From assembly GCA_036400935.1 (NCBI GenBank), contig DASWWW010000005.1, forward strand, positions 21,068 through 85,067: a DNA stretch of 64,000 nucleotides, written 5' to 3'. The position numbers and the translations under genes are program-made. The stretch comes from Minisyncoccota bacterium. Lineage in GTDB: Bacteria; Patescibacteriota; Minisyncoccia; Phycocordibacterales; UBA6065. Below, piece after piece: positions 36,742 through 44,724 of this stretch (its first letter is position 1; the number at the start of each line of letters is the position of its first letter). The notes under the pieces were generated by a model. It saw only the letters and a list, made by a program, of their open reading frames with translations, was not told the DNA's origin and did no database searches.

Positions 36742-37329
36742 TCAAGACTTCGGGAAACGGGCAATGCAGTCGCTGCTGGACGCCTCCCAGTGCAAGCCAC
36801 GCCACCGGATGTTTACCTTGCCGCGATACGTGGTCATGACTGGCGCGAAGTAAGTGGAAAGGCCCCTGCGCACGGCAGATTTTAGGCCCCATACGCTTCT
36901 ATCTCCGAGAACCTTTGCGAACTCGTGCCAATAGCCTTTGCGAATCGCCTGGAGATCGCTCAGCCCCAAGCTTCCCGCAAGCTGACCCGCCGCTTTCAAG
37001 CCTTCATACCAGACCTGAATGCCCCCGGCTTCGCCTCGCGGCGAAAAAGTCACCTTGGTGAAATCAAACTCATCCGGGCCATCAGATTCGAGGTCCATGT
37101 GCAGGACCTCCTTCACCCAAGTCTGATATACGGGGCGCTTGCTTCGATCGACACGCATGACAGTAGCGTCGCCACGGATTCCAGGCGGCGAATATGTCGG
37201 CCGAGGATCAGAGGCATCGACAACCTTGAGCCTGCCACTCAAGATTCCTTCGACTCCCTCCTTGCCGCCGACTTTTACGACAAGCCGCCTGACCAATTCA
37301 AGTTCCTGTACGGTTTTCTGTATATCCAT
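36742..37329 (-). CDS. hypothetical protein
   Basis: 195-aa ORF, no recognisable motif. Confidence 0.4.
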   Translation of the reverse strand: MDIQKTVQELELVRRLVVKVGGKEGVEGILSGRLKVVDASDPRPTYSPPGIRGDATVMRVDRSKRPVYQTWVKEVLHMDLESDGPDEFDFTKVTFSPRGEAGGIQVWYEGLKAAGQLAGSLGLSDLQAIRKGYWHEFAKVLGDRSVWGLKSAVRRGLSTYFAPVMTTYRGKVNIRWRGLHWEASSSDCIARFPKS

Positions 37330-37441
37330 AAGCAGAAAGCCTCGATTTCCAAGGTTTTTTGCTTATGGACATACAAATCCTCAATGAACAGACTATTTCT
37401 GGATTATGCATCATTTATTCAATATGTAAAGAGCAATCAGC

Positions 37442-37469
37442 TTGTAAACCCTTATTTTTGTGCTAGTAT
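37442..37469 (+). promoter_or_regulatory. candidate rpsA promoter (TTGTAA, 16 bp, extended -10 TGcTAGTAT)
   Basis: -35 at 37442-47, TG at 37461-62, -10 at 37464-69. About 115-nt leader. Confidence 0.4.
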
Positions 37470-37583
37470 CTACCCCGCTGGCCTCACGGCTGGCTTTATC
37501 AGAAAAACCCTCGAAATTAGCCCTCTCCCACGCATACGGCCACGAGCAACAGGCGGAGAGAAATTTCAGGCCTTTTTCATATC

Positions 37584-38741
37584 ATGTCAACAGAAGCAAA
37601 GACCCCAAAGGTCAAGAAGGAAGTAAAGAAGTCAGAGGCCGTCTTGGCCGCTGAGGCAGAGGCGAAAGCGAAGCACGCTACGCCTATGGGCAAGATGCTC
37701 AACGATACGGCAACCCCTCCAAACGCAGGAGACCTTATCGAGGGCACCGTTATCGCTATCGACAAGAAGGGCGTCTTCATCGACCTCCCTCCGTTCGGTA
37801 CCGGTATCATCTACGGCCGCGAGTACATCATCGCGCGCGACGTAATCAAGAAGATCAACATCGGCGACAAGGTCGCCGCGAAGGTCGTCGAGGCCTCTAA
37901 CAAGGACGGCTATATCGAGCTCTCTCTCAAGGAGGCGCGACAGGCCCTCATCTGGACCGAGGCAGAGGCGGCTATCGTCGCAAAGACCGTGCTCGAGCTC
38001 CCTATCAAGGAAGCAAACAAGGGCGGACTCATCATCGAGTGGCAGGGCATCCAGGGCTTCCTCCCTGCTTCCCAGCTCAAGCCTGAGCACTACCCACGAG
38101 TTCAGGACGGCGACAAGGATTCTATCCTCGCCGAATTGAAGAAACTCGTCGGCACAAAGCTCGCCGTGTCTATCATCGGCGCTTTCCCTAAGGAGGGTAA
38201 GCTCATCTTCTCTGAGAAGAACTCAGTAGAGGGCAAGGACAAGGCCGTAGCAGTAGCAAAGTTCAAGGTCGGAGACGAAGTCGAGGGCAAGGTTACCGGA
38301 ATGGTAGACTTCGGCGTCTTCGTAAAGATCGATGAGGGCCTCGAAGGCCTCGTCCACATCTCCGAGATCGATTGGGCTCTCGTTGAGGATCCAAAGACTC
38401 GATTCAAGGTCGGCGACAAGGTCATGGTAAAGGTTATCGAGGTCAAGGAAGGAAAGGTCTCCCTTTCCATCAAGGCTCTCAAGCCTAATCCATGGGTAGA
38501 GGCTGGCAAGAAGTACAAGAAGGACCAGGTCGTAAAGGGCGTGGTCATCAAGTTCAACCGCCACGGCGCTCTCGCATCGATCGAGGAAGGCATCGCAGGA
38601 CTCGTTCACGTCTCTGAGTTCGGATCGGACGAGAAGCTCCGCGCGAACCTCGAGCTCGGCAAGGTCTACTCGTTCAAGATCTCACTCTTCGACGCAGGAA
38701 ACCAGAAAATGACATTGTCATTCGCCGGCGACAAGAAATAA
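37584..38741 (+). CDS. rpsA: 30S ribosomal protein S1 (compact, four S1 domains)
   Basis: Repeated S1/OB motifs (GDLIEGTVIAIDKKGVFIDL, GDEVEGKVTGMVDFGVFVKI, GQVVKGVVIKFNRHGALASI). 385 aa. Confidence 0.8.
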   Translation: MSTEAKTPKVKKEVKKSEAVLAAEAEAKAKHATPMGKMLNDTATPPNAGDLIEGTVIAIDKKGVFIDLPPFGTGIIYGREYIIARDVIKKINIGDKVAAKVVEASNKDGYIELSLKEARQALIWTEAEAAIVAKTVLELPIKEANKGGLIIEWQGIQGFLPASQLKPEHYPRVQDGDKDSILAELKKLVGTKLAVSIIGAFPKEGKLIFSEKNSVEGKDKAVAVAKFKVGDEVEGKVTGMVDFGVFVKIDEGLEGLVHISEIDWALVEDPKTRFKVGDKVMVKVIEVKEGKVSLSIKALKPNPWVEAGKKYKKDQVVKGVVIKFNRHGALASIEEGIAGLVHVSEFGSDEKLRANLELGKVYSFKISLFDAGNQKMTLSFAGDKK

Positions 38742-38754
38742 AATCAAACAAAAA

Positions 38755-38804
38755 GACCGTTCGCACGTCCAAGTGGGGGAAGGACTAACGAACGGTCTTT
38801 TTGT
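38755..38804 (+). terminator. intrinsic terminator after rpsA
   Basis: agaccgttcg...cgaacggtct followed by ttttgttt. Confidence 0.6.
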
Positions 38805-38844
38805 TTGACTAAAACTGGCCCGAGAGTACTATCTTGGTGGGTGC

Positions 38845-39285
38845 ATATACGGGTTGGAGATGAAGGCCTTCGGGTTGTAAATCCAATCACACAAGGAGAT
38901 TCCTTAGTCCGCGTGTCCTATCAGCTCGTCGGTTGTGGTAACGGCTCACCTAGGCTATGACGGGACAAAGAGGCTCGTTGCCTTTCGCAAGTGCGGAAGT
39001 CGCTGGACGAAGGTAAGGCGCCGCGTGGCGTCGATCGAAAGCCGATCAACGGATAAAGCGGTTCTGGGCGCATAGTCCATTGCTGCGGCTCTCATGGGTT
39101 GGAAACTTCCCTAGCCGGTGGCGAGTCCACCGAGCCAATATCCAAGCGCGAGCATATCGCGAGCGTCTTAGCAAAACGCAGCAGATATGCCGGCATTCTT
39201 CAAGGAACAATGCGCTCTGAAAGAAAGGGGCGGGCGTCCGATTAGACACCGGAGCCGCCCGCCCCTCGTTCATTTTTGCTCTTTT
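38845..39285 (+). ncRNA. candidate non-coding transcript 1: promoter TTGACT(38805)-16-TACTAT(38827), GC-rich structured body containing a 16S-rRNA-like segment (38907-38964), ends at the hairpin terminator 39227-39285
   Basis: No convincing ORF. The segment GTCCGCGTGTCCTATCAGCTCGTCGGTTGTGGTAACGGCTCACCTAGGCTATGACGGG matches the conserved 16S region around E. coli positions 220-290. The terminator is GGGGCGGGCG...CGCCCGCCCC followed by a T-run. Confidence 0.3.
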
Positions 39286-39359
39286 GCCAAATAGCGCCGA
39301 CAAGCAAGGCTTGCTCGGTTTTTTATTTGACTAAAATGCTTCGCTGTGCAATAGTGGGG

Positions 39360-39520
39360 CCTGAAGCGGTCATTCCACCTTCCCGCCCATGCCTACGGGC
39401 CAAGCGGGCCTCCGACAGCCATGCCGCGACCGCCAGAAATCGTGCGTTATCCGCCCCGCACGTGGAGGCGGGCGGCGACCTGGATCAGGTCGCCGCCCGC
39501 TATTCCCCTTTTTGTTCTTT
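39360..39520 (+). ncRNA. candidate non-coding transcript 2: promoter TTGACT(39327)-17-AATAGT(39350), about 150-nt GC-rich body, 13-bp perfect hairpin terminator (39468-39500) plus T-run, followed by a second back-up hairpin (39531-39559)
   Basis: GCGGGCGGCGACC-tggatca-GGTCGCCGCCCGC then tattcccctttttgttcttt. The promoter shares the motif TTTTATTTGACTAAAA with transcript 1. Confidence 0.3.
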
Positions 39521-39797
39521 ATTTGAAGATGCCGACAAGCTTTGCTTGATCGGTTTTTTGTTCATCGAATCATACTTGCAGAACAGCAATAAGCATGGTA
39601 TTTTGAGTATGGACACGGATGTACTTGGCTTCTTCATATAATCTAGTTGCGTTTATCGTGCAAGCCATTTACAGGCCCTTGGAGGAATACGCCCTTAAGT
39701 AAGGCCCTCCAACATTTTCAAAGCACAGAAATCAAAAGGCATCCTCAATCCGGAGGATGCCTTTCTCGCTTTCATATGCCAACTGCCCAACTCGCAC

Positions 39798-40460
39798 CTA
39801 CTTATTGAAAATCGCGTTGTACTCGCTCATAGCCCTCTCTGGAGACTCAGTGCCCGCGAGCTCGAGGCAATCGACGACCTTCTTCTGAACGCTCTTAAGC
39901 TCCTCGGCCTCCTTGTCCTTGAATTCAGCGACGATGAAGTTGTCGATGATAGTGTCGTGATCGAGCTTCTTCATCTTTCCCTTGGCCGATGCCGGAGTAA
40001 TACCGATCCTGATGCGGAAAAAGGCCTGAGTGCCGAGAGCCTTTATGACCGACTCGACGCCCTTGTGGCCGCCCGCGCTCTTGTCCCATGACATCTTCGC
40101 CTTGCCCAATGGGATATCGAGCTCGTCGTGGACGACGATGACGTCGGCGAGAGCCTTGATCGTCTTGCCCTGTGAGTCCTTCATCTTCTTTGCACCTTTC
40201 GCATACTTTCCTACCGACGCTCCGGACTTGTTCATGAAGGTCTCAGGCAGGATGAGCGTCGCCTTGGTCTTTCCGATCTTGCCTTCGGTCACGAGAGCCC
40301 GGGTCTTCTTGTCGAATTCAAAGTCGTCGAAGCCCGCCTTCTTTGCGAATTTCATAACAGCCTCGCGGCCCGCATTGTGCCGCGTGCCCTCATATTCTGC
40401 CCCCGGGTTTCCCAGTCCGATGATTATCATAGTGAAACCAGTATATGCCATATGCCCCAT
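39798..40460 (-). CDS. pth: peptidyl-tRNA hydrolase
   Basis: IIGLGNPGAEYEGTRHNAG and VVHDELD motifs. 220 aa with a C-terminal extension. Confidence 0.85.
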   Translation of the reverse strand: MGHMAYTGFTMIIIGLGNPGAEYEGTRHNAGREAVMKFAKKAGFDDFEFDKKTRALVTEGKIGKTKATLILPETFMNKSGASVGKYAKGAKKMKDSQGKTIKALADVIVVHDELDIPLGKAKMSWDKSAGGHKGVESVIKALGTQAFFRIRIGITPASAKGKMKKLDHDTIIDNFIVAEFKDKEAEELKSVQKKVVDCLELAGTESPERAMSEYNAIFNK

Positions 40461-40483
40461 ACAGGAAAGGGTTTGAAAGATGT

Positions 40484-40619
40484 TTGGCTTTTATTGTTTG
40501 CTCGGCTCCGCAGGCGCGAAGCTTGGAGGCGTCAAGGCTCCCTTTGACGCCTGAGCGCCGAGGACAGAACGAGCTCTCCGCAGGAGAGAGCGAGTGTTCG
40601 AGCAAACAATAAAAGCCAA
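40484..40619. repeat. MITE-like 136-bp element: perfect 21-bp terminal inverted repeats (ttggcttttattgtttgctcg / cgagcaaacaataaaagccaa) enclosing nested inverted repeats
   Basis: Arms at 40484-40504 and 40599-40619. Inner GGCGTCAA...TTGACGCC. Lies between the divergent pth and lepB starts. Confidence 0.5.
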
Positions 40620-40707
40620 AAACTATTACAAATTCCCTTCCCCCATTGTGTCAATGGCCAATGCGGGACTATACTTCAGTTACTTTTACATATTTAAGAG
40701 CCCTTCC

Positions 40708-41316
40708 ATGGATCCAGAGAACGACAAGAACCAGACCGCGCCGATCGCAGAGCAGAAGCCCAAAAACAGCTTCATAAAAGAGACTCTCTGGTACGCGGCC
40801 ATCGCTATCCTCGTCGTCGTGCCGATCCGCCTCTGGATCGCGCAGCCTTTCATGGTGAGCGGCGCCTCCATGGACTCAACCTTCGCGGACGGCGAGTACC
40901 TCGTCGTAGACGAAGTCACCTATCGCTTCAATGAGCCGCAGCGGGGCGACGTCGTCATCTTCAAATACCCTCAGGATACCTCGAAATTCTTCATCAAGAG
41001 GCTCATCGGCCTGCCTGGCGAGACCGTCATCGTGCGCGACGACGTCGTGACCATCAAAAACGCCGAGCATCCAAAGGGCATCGTATTGAACGAGCCGTAC
41101 ATCCACAGCACCTCGTTCCTGACGAAGACACTTACCCTCGGCGAGGACGAGTATTTCGTCATGGGAGACAATCGCGGGGTAAGCTCGGACTCCCGCGTCT
41201 GGGGAGCCCTTCCAAAGAGCGACATCATCGGCCGCCCGTTCGTCCGGCTCCTCCCTATCAATCGACTCGACTTTTTCCCGGGAGTCGTCGCCAGCTCGAC
41301 CATACTAGCCAACTAA
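40708..41316 (+). CDS. lepB: signal peptidase I
   Basis: Boxes GASMDSTF (Ser), KRLIGLPGETV (Lys) and GDNRGVSSDSR. Start set at MDPEN so the N-terminal TM is included and the hairpin element avoided. Confidence 0.75.
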   Translation: MDPENDKNQTAPIAEQKPKNSFIKETLWYAAIAILVVVPIRLWIAQPFMVSGASMDSTFADGEYLVVDEVTYRFNEPQRGDVVIFKYPQDTSKFFIKRLIGLPGETVIVRDDVVTIKNAEHPKGIVLNEPYIHSTSFLTKTLTLGEDEYFVMGDNRGVSSDSRVWGALPKSDIIGRPFVRLLPINRLDFFPGVVASSTILAN

Positions 41317-41329
41317 CACCCATACTTTC

Positions 41330-42595
41330 ATGACACCTTTGAACGCAGCGACCGCAGCAAAGAAGACCACACCATCGAAAGCCAAGAAGATCGAGCATCC
41401 TAAATACGTCTCGTACGAAGGCCTCGACTCTGTCGGCGAAGCTGCCCTTTTCTACGGCTTCACTCCCCTTGCCCAGCCGCACATTCACGCCGAGGATATC
41501 GCTCAGGCGAAATCGATCTCGGAATGCGAGATCGTCGTAGATCATGACAATCACGAGGAAGGCGCCGTCGTACGCCTCGAGGAAAAGGTAGCCCTCCTCC
41601 ACATGTACGAGAAGGAGAAGATGGGAACGCTCGCCCAGCCTTTGATGTACTTCTACAAGAAGCCTTTCATCGGCGACCGACGCAAGCCGAATCCAAAGGA
41701 GGCTCATTACGGATTCGAGATCATCGGCACGAACAAGTCGATCGCGGAGGCGATCCTCATGCAGGCTGCCGTAGCGGTGCTCCACGATGCGGGCGACACC
41801 GACCTCCATGTCGAGATCAACTCGATCGGCGACAAGGAATCACTCGCCCGATTCACGCGCGAGGTGACCGCCTACTACCGCAAGAACCTCAGCTCGCTCC
41901 CGGCAAAGTGCCGCGAGACCTTCAAGAAGGACGTCTTCGCCCTCCTCGGCTGCGACCACGAGGACTGCCTCAGGCTCGCCGCGGACTGCCCGAAGTCGAT
42001 CAACTTCCTCTCCGAGCGATCGCGCCAGCACTTCAAGGAAGTCCTCGAATTCCTCGAGTCTCTCGATATCCCCTACACCATCAATAACGGCCTCGTAGCC
42101 AACCGCGATTTCTGCGGCGAGACCGTATTCGAGATCCGCGGCTCTGACCCAAAGAGCCATCCAAAGGCAATCGGCATCCGCTACGACACGCTCGCAAAGC
42201 GCCTCGGCCACAAGAAGGAGCTCCCGGCAGTCGGCGTATCGATCGCTCTCCCAAAGAAGTCTATCCAGGCAACCGAGATCAAGGCCTCGACCGTCGCAAA
42301 GATCCTCGACCCGCAGATCTGCTTCATGCAGCTCGGCTTCGAGGCAAAGCTCAAGTCGCTGCGCCTCATCGAGAGCCTGCGCCAGGCCCGCGTACCGGTA
42401 GCCCAGTCTCTCGCCAAGGACAAGATCGCCGGCCAGGTCGGCCAGGCGGAAAAGATGCAGGCCCCTATCGTCGTCATCATGGGCAAGAAGGAGGCTATAG
42501 AGAACACCGTCATCATCCGCGAGACCTCGACCCGATCCCAGAATGCCGTGCTCGTTACCGAAGCGGCGATCGCGCTCAAGAGGTTCAGAGTCTAG
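41330..42595 (+). CDS. histidyl-tRNA synthetase-like class II aaRS protein (HisS, or a HisZ-like paralog)
   Basis: HisRS-like core (VEINSIGD, YTINNGLVANRDFCGETVFE, GIRYDTL similar to GGRYDGL) plus a C-terminal anticodon-binding domain (PIVVIMGKKE). Motif 2 arginine-rich loop looks degenerate. Confidence 0.6.
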   Translation: MTPLNAATAAKKTTPSKAKKIEHPKYVSYEGLDSVGEAALFYGFTPLAQPHIHAEDIAQAKSISECEIVVDHDNHEEGAVVRLEEKVALLHMYEKEKMGTLAQPLMYFYKKPFIGDRRKPNPKEAHYGFEIIGTNKSIAEAILMQAAVAVLHDAGDTDLHVEINSIGDKESLARFTREVTAYYRKNLSSLPAKCRETFKKDVFALLGCDHEDCLRLAADCPKSINFLSERSRQHFKEVLEFLESLDIPYTINNGLVANRDFCGETVFEIRGSDPKSHPKAIGIRYDTLAKRLGHKKELPAVGVSIALPKKSIQATEIKASTVAKILDPQICFMQLGFEAKLKSLRLIESLRQARVPVAQSLAKDKIAGQVGQAEKMQAPIVVIMGKKEAIENTVIIRETSTRSQNAVLVTEAAIALKRFRV

Positions 42596-42717
42596 GAATC
42601 TGCCCCAAACTTGAATATATAGGCCAAATATGCTATTGTTTCGATCTAAACGGTCGCGACGTGTGGCCACCAAATTAGAGGAAAAGACGGCTTATTTAAA
42701 CGATTTAAACACTTAGA

Positions 42718-42972
42718 ATGGCAACAAACGTAGAAGTAACTCGAAACGGCACGGAAAACCCATTGGGCCTCCTCCGCCGATTCACAAAGCGAGTCCAGGG
42801 CGCAGGCCACCTCCCTCGCGTACGAGGCGAGCGATACCACGAGCGAACCCTCTCTCACTACAAGAACAAGATGAAGACTCTCGCATCGATCGCGAAGCGC
42901 GCTGAGATCGCAGAGGACATCAAGCTCGGCAAGATCAATCCTGACGCTCCACGAGGACGCGGACGACGATAG
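42718..42972 (+). CDS. rpsU: 30S ribosomal protein S21
   Basis: VEVTRNG...LLRRFTKRVQGAG...RGERYHERTLSHYKNKMK pattern. 84 aa. Confidence 0.7.
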   Translation: MATNVEVTRNGTENPLGLLRRFTKRVQGAGHLPRVRGERYHERTLSHYKNKMKTLASIAKRAEIAEDIKLGKINPDAPRGRGRR

Positions 42973-42976
42973 GAAT

Positions 42977-43366
42977 ATGGGTTCATCAGAGAAATTCTCT
43001 TTGATAAACCGGACTAAAGGCAAGCTCCCCAGCTTGCCTTTTCTCGATATGAAAAACGCCGTGCTCGGCGAGGGCTACGAACTCTCCCTCGTATTTCTCG
43101 GCGACGACGAATCGCGCCGGATAAATATCGACAGCCGCGGCAAGGACTACATCCCGAACGTGCTCTCATTTCCTCTCGACGAATCGTCGGGCGAGATCTT
43201 CCTTAACCCTTTCGAGGCCAAGCGCCAGGCAAAAGAATTCGACCGCACTCCCGTAAACATGATCGCTTTCCTCTATATCCACGGGCTCGTCCATTTGAAA
43301 GGAATGGATCATGGGGTTACAATGGAGAGAACGGAAGCAAAATTTCGAAAGCAATTCGGAATCTAA
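42977..43366 (+). CDS. ybeY: rRNA maturation endoribonuclease YbeY
   Basis: Metal-binding motif HGLVHLKGMDHG (H3xH5xH). 129 aa. Confidence 0.8.
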   Translation: MGSSEKFSLINRTKGKLPSLPFLDMKNAVLGEGYELSLVFLGDDESRRINIDSRGKDYIPNVLSFPLDESSGEIFLNPFEAKRQAKEFDRTPVNMIAFLYIHGLVHLKGMDHGVTMERTEAKFRKQFGI

Positions 43367-43402
43367 AGGGCTCGCCCCTCATTTGCACCGCACTCCACAT
43401 CA

Positions 43403-44578
43403 ATGCGCAAACACATAGCAGCAGGAATAGACATAGGAACGTACCAGGTAAAGGTCGTGATCTCCGAATCCGACCCTGAAACGGATCGCATCCTGCCGCG
43501 TATCATCGGAACCGGCTCCGCCGAGTCTAAAGGCCTGCGCCACGGCTATATCGTAAATTCCCGCGACGTCACCAAGAGCGTCATGCAGGCCGTCGCCCAG
43601 GCCGAGAAGGCTTCTGGCTACAAGATAAAGAAGGCGTTCATCTCCATGGGAGGCATCAGCCTTCAATCATTGGTGAACATCGGATCGGCAGTCATATCGC
43701 GCGGCGATTCGGAAGTAAGCCAGATCGACATCGACAAGGCCCTCGGCATCGCAGAACGAAACATCCCTTCGGGAGCGACCATAAACCGCCGCATCATCCA
43801 TACGGTCCCCCTTTCATACAAGATCGACGGCAAGCCCGTCCTCGGCAGGCCCCTCGGCATGAAGGGCAACAAGCTCGAGGCGAAAGTGCTTTTCATCACC
43901 GGCCTCTCGCAACACCTCGACGACATCGTCGACGCGATTTCTGACGCGGGCATCGAGGTGCTCGACATCGTCGCGTCTCCGCTCGCCGCTTCCCTCGTCA
44001 CCCTCTCTAAAAACCAGAAGGTCGCAGGCTGCCTCCTCGCGAATATCGGAGCAGAGACAGTTTCAATAGTCGTCTTCGAGAACAATCTTCCCGTATCGCT
44101 CGAAGTTTTCCCTATCGGCTCGACCGACATCACGAACGATATCGCCCTTGGCCTCAAAGTTCCGATCGAGGACGCCGACAGCATGAAGCGCGGCGGCGCA
44201 CTTTCAGCGAGCATCTCAAAGAAGAAGCTCGACGAGATCGTCTCGGCGCGCCTTTCTGACATTTTTGACCTCATCGAAGCCCATTTGAAAAAGATCGACC
44301 GCAACGGCCTCTTGCCTGCGGGAATCATCATCACCGGCGGCGGATCCGGTATCGCCGAAATCGCGGACCTCGCCAAATCTTCACTCAAGCTCCCTGCGCG
44401 CCTCGCCACCCTCGGAACGACAGGCAAAGACAGCTTAAAGGACCTTTCATGGTCTGTGGCATACGGCCTCACTATTCTCGGAATCGGCTCGGAAGAAGGC
44501 CAGGATTCGGGCATTTCGAAGGGCGGCCGGACATTCCTCGAGAAAATCGGACAGTGGTTCAAGCAATTCCTTCCTTAA
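43403..44578 (+). CDS. ftsA: cell division protein FtsA
   Basis: Actin-like ATPase. N-terminal AAGIDIGTYQVKVVI. 391 aa. Directly upstream of ftsZ. Confidence 0.85.
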   Translation: MRKHIAAGIDIGTYQVKVVISESDPETDRILPRIIGTGSAESKGLRHGYIVNSRDVTKSVMQAVAQAEKASGYKIKKAFISMGGISLQSLVNIGSAVISRGDSEVSQIDIDKALGIAERNIPSGATINRRIIHTVPLSYKIDGKPVLGRPLGMKGNKLEAKVLFITGLSQHLDDIVDAISDAGIEVLDIVASPLAASLVTLSKNQKVAGCLLANIGAETVSIVVFENNLPVSLEVFPIGSTDITNDIALGLKVPIEDADSMKRGGALSASISKKKLDEIVSARLSDIFDLIEAHLKKIDRNGLLPAGIIITGGGSGIAEIADLAKSSLKLPARLATLGTTGKDSLKDLSWSVAYGLTILGIGSEEGQDSGISKGGRTFLEKIGQWFKQFLP

Positions 44579-44724
44579 AATAAGGCTTTTTCCAGCATTT
44601 TGACGTTTCCATTTATATGGTGCGCATGATTCGAGCAACGTTGTAATTTAAGGGTCTTTTGCTATGATGTACCCACCTTAATCAATCAGGCGCCTAAACC
44701 CGTCTGGCTTAAAACCATTACCAC

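Noticed and set aside
38860-38880. GAAGGCCTTCGGGTTGTAAA initially looked like the 16S 400-region motif, which would have implied a scrambled or permuted rRNA gene.
   Set aside because: It is better explained as a V2-type tetraloop hairpin preceding the genuine helix 9-11-like segment. The rest of the 16S 5' and 3' sequence (AGAGTTTGATC, CCTACGGGAGGCAGCAG and so on) is absent, so no rRNA gene is called.
39046-39641. ORFs 39046..39303 (-) and 39276..39641 (+) in the rpsA-pth spacer.
   Set aside because: They are built from GC-rich hairpin and terminator sequence, with no start context. The region fits promoter/terminator-delimited ncRNA better.
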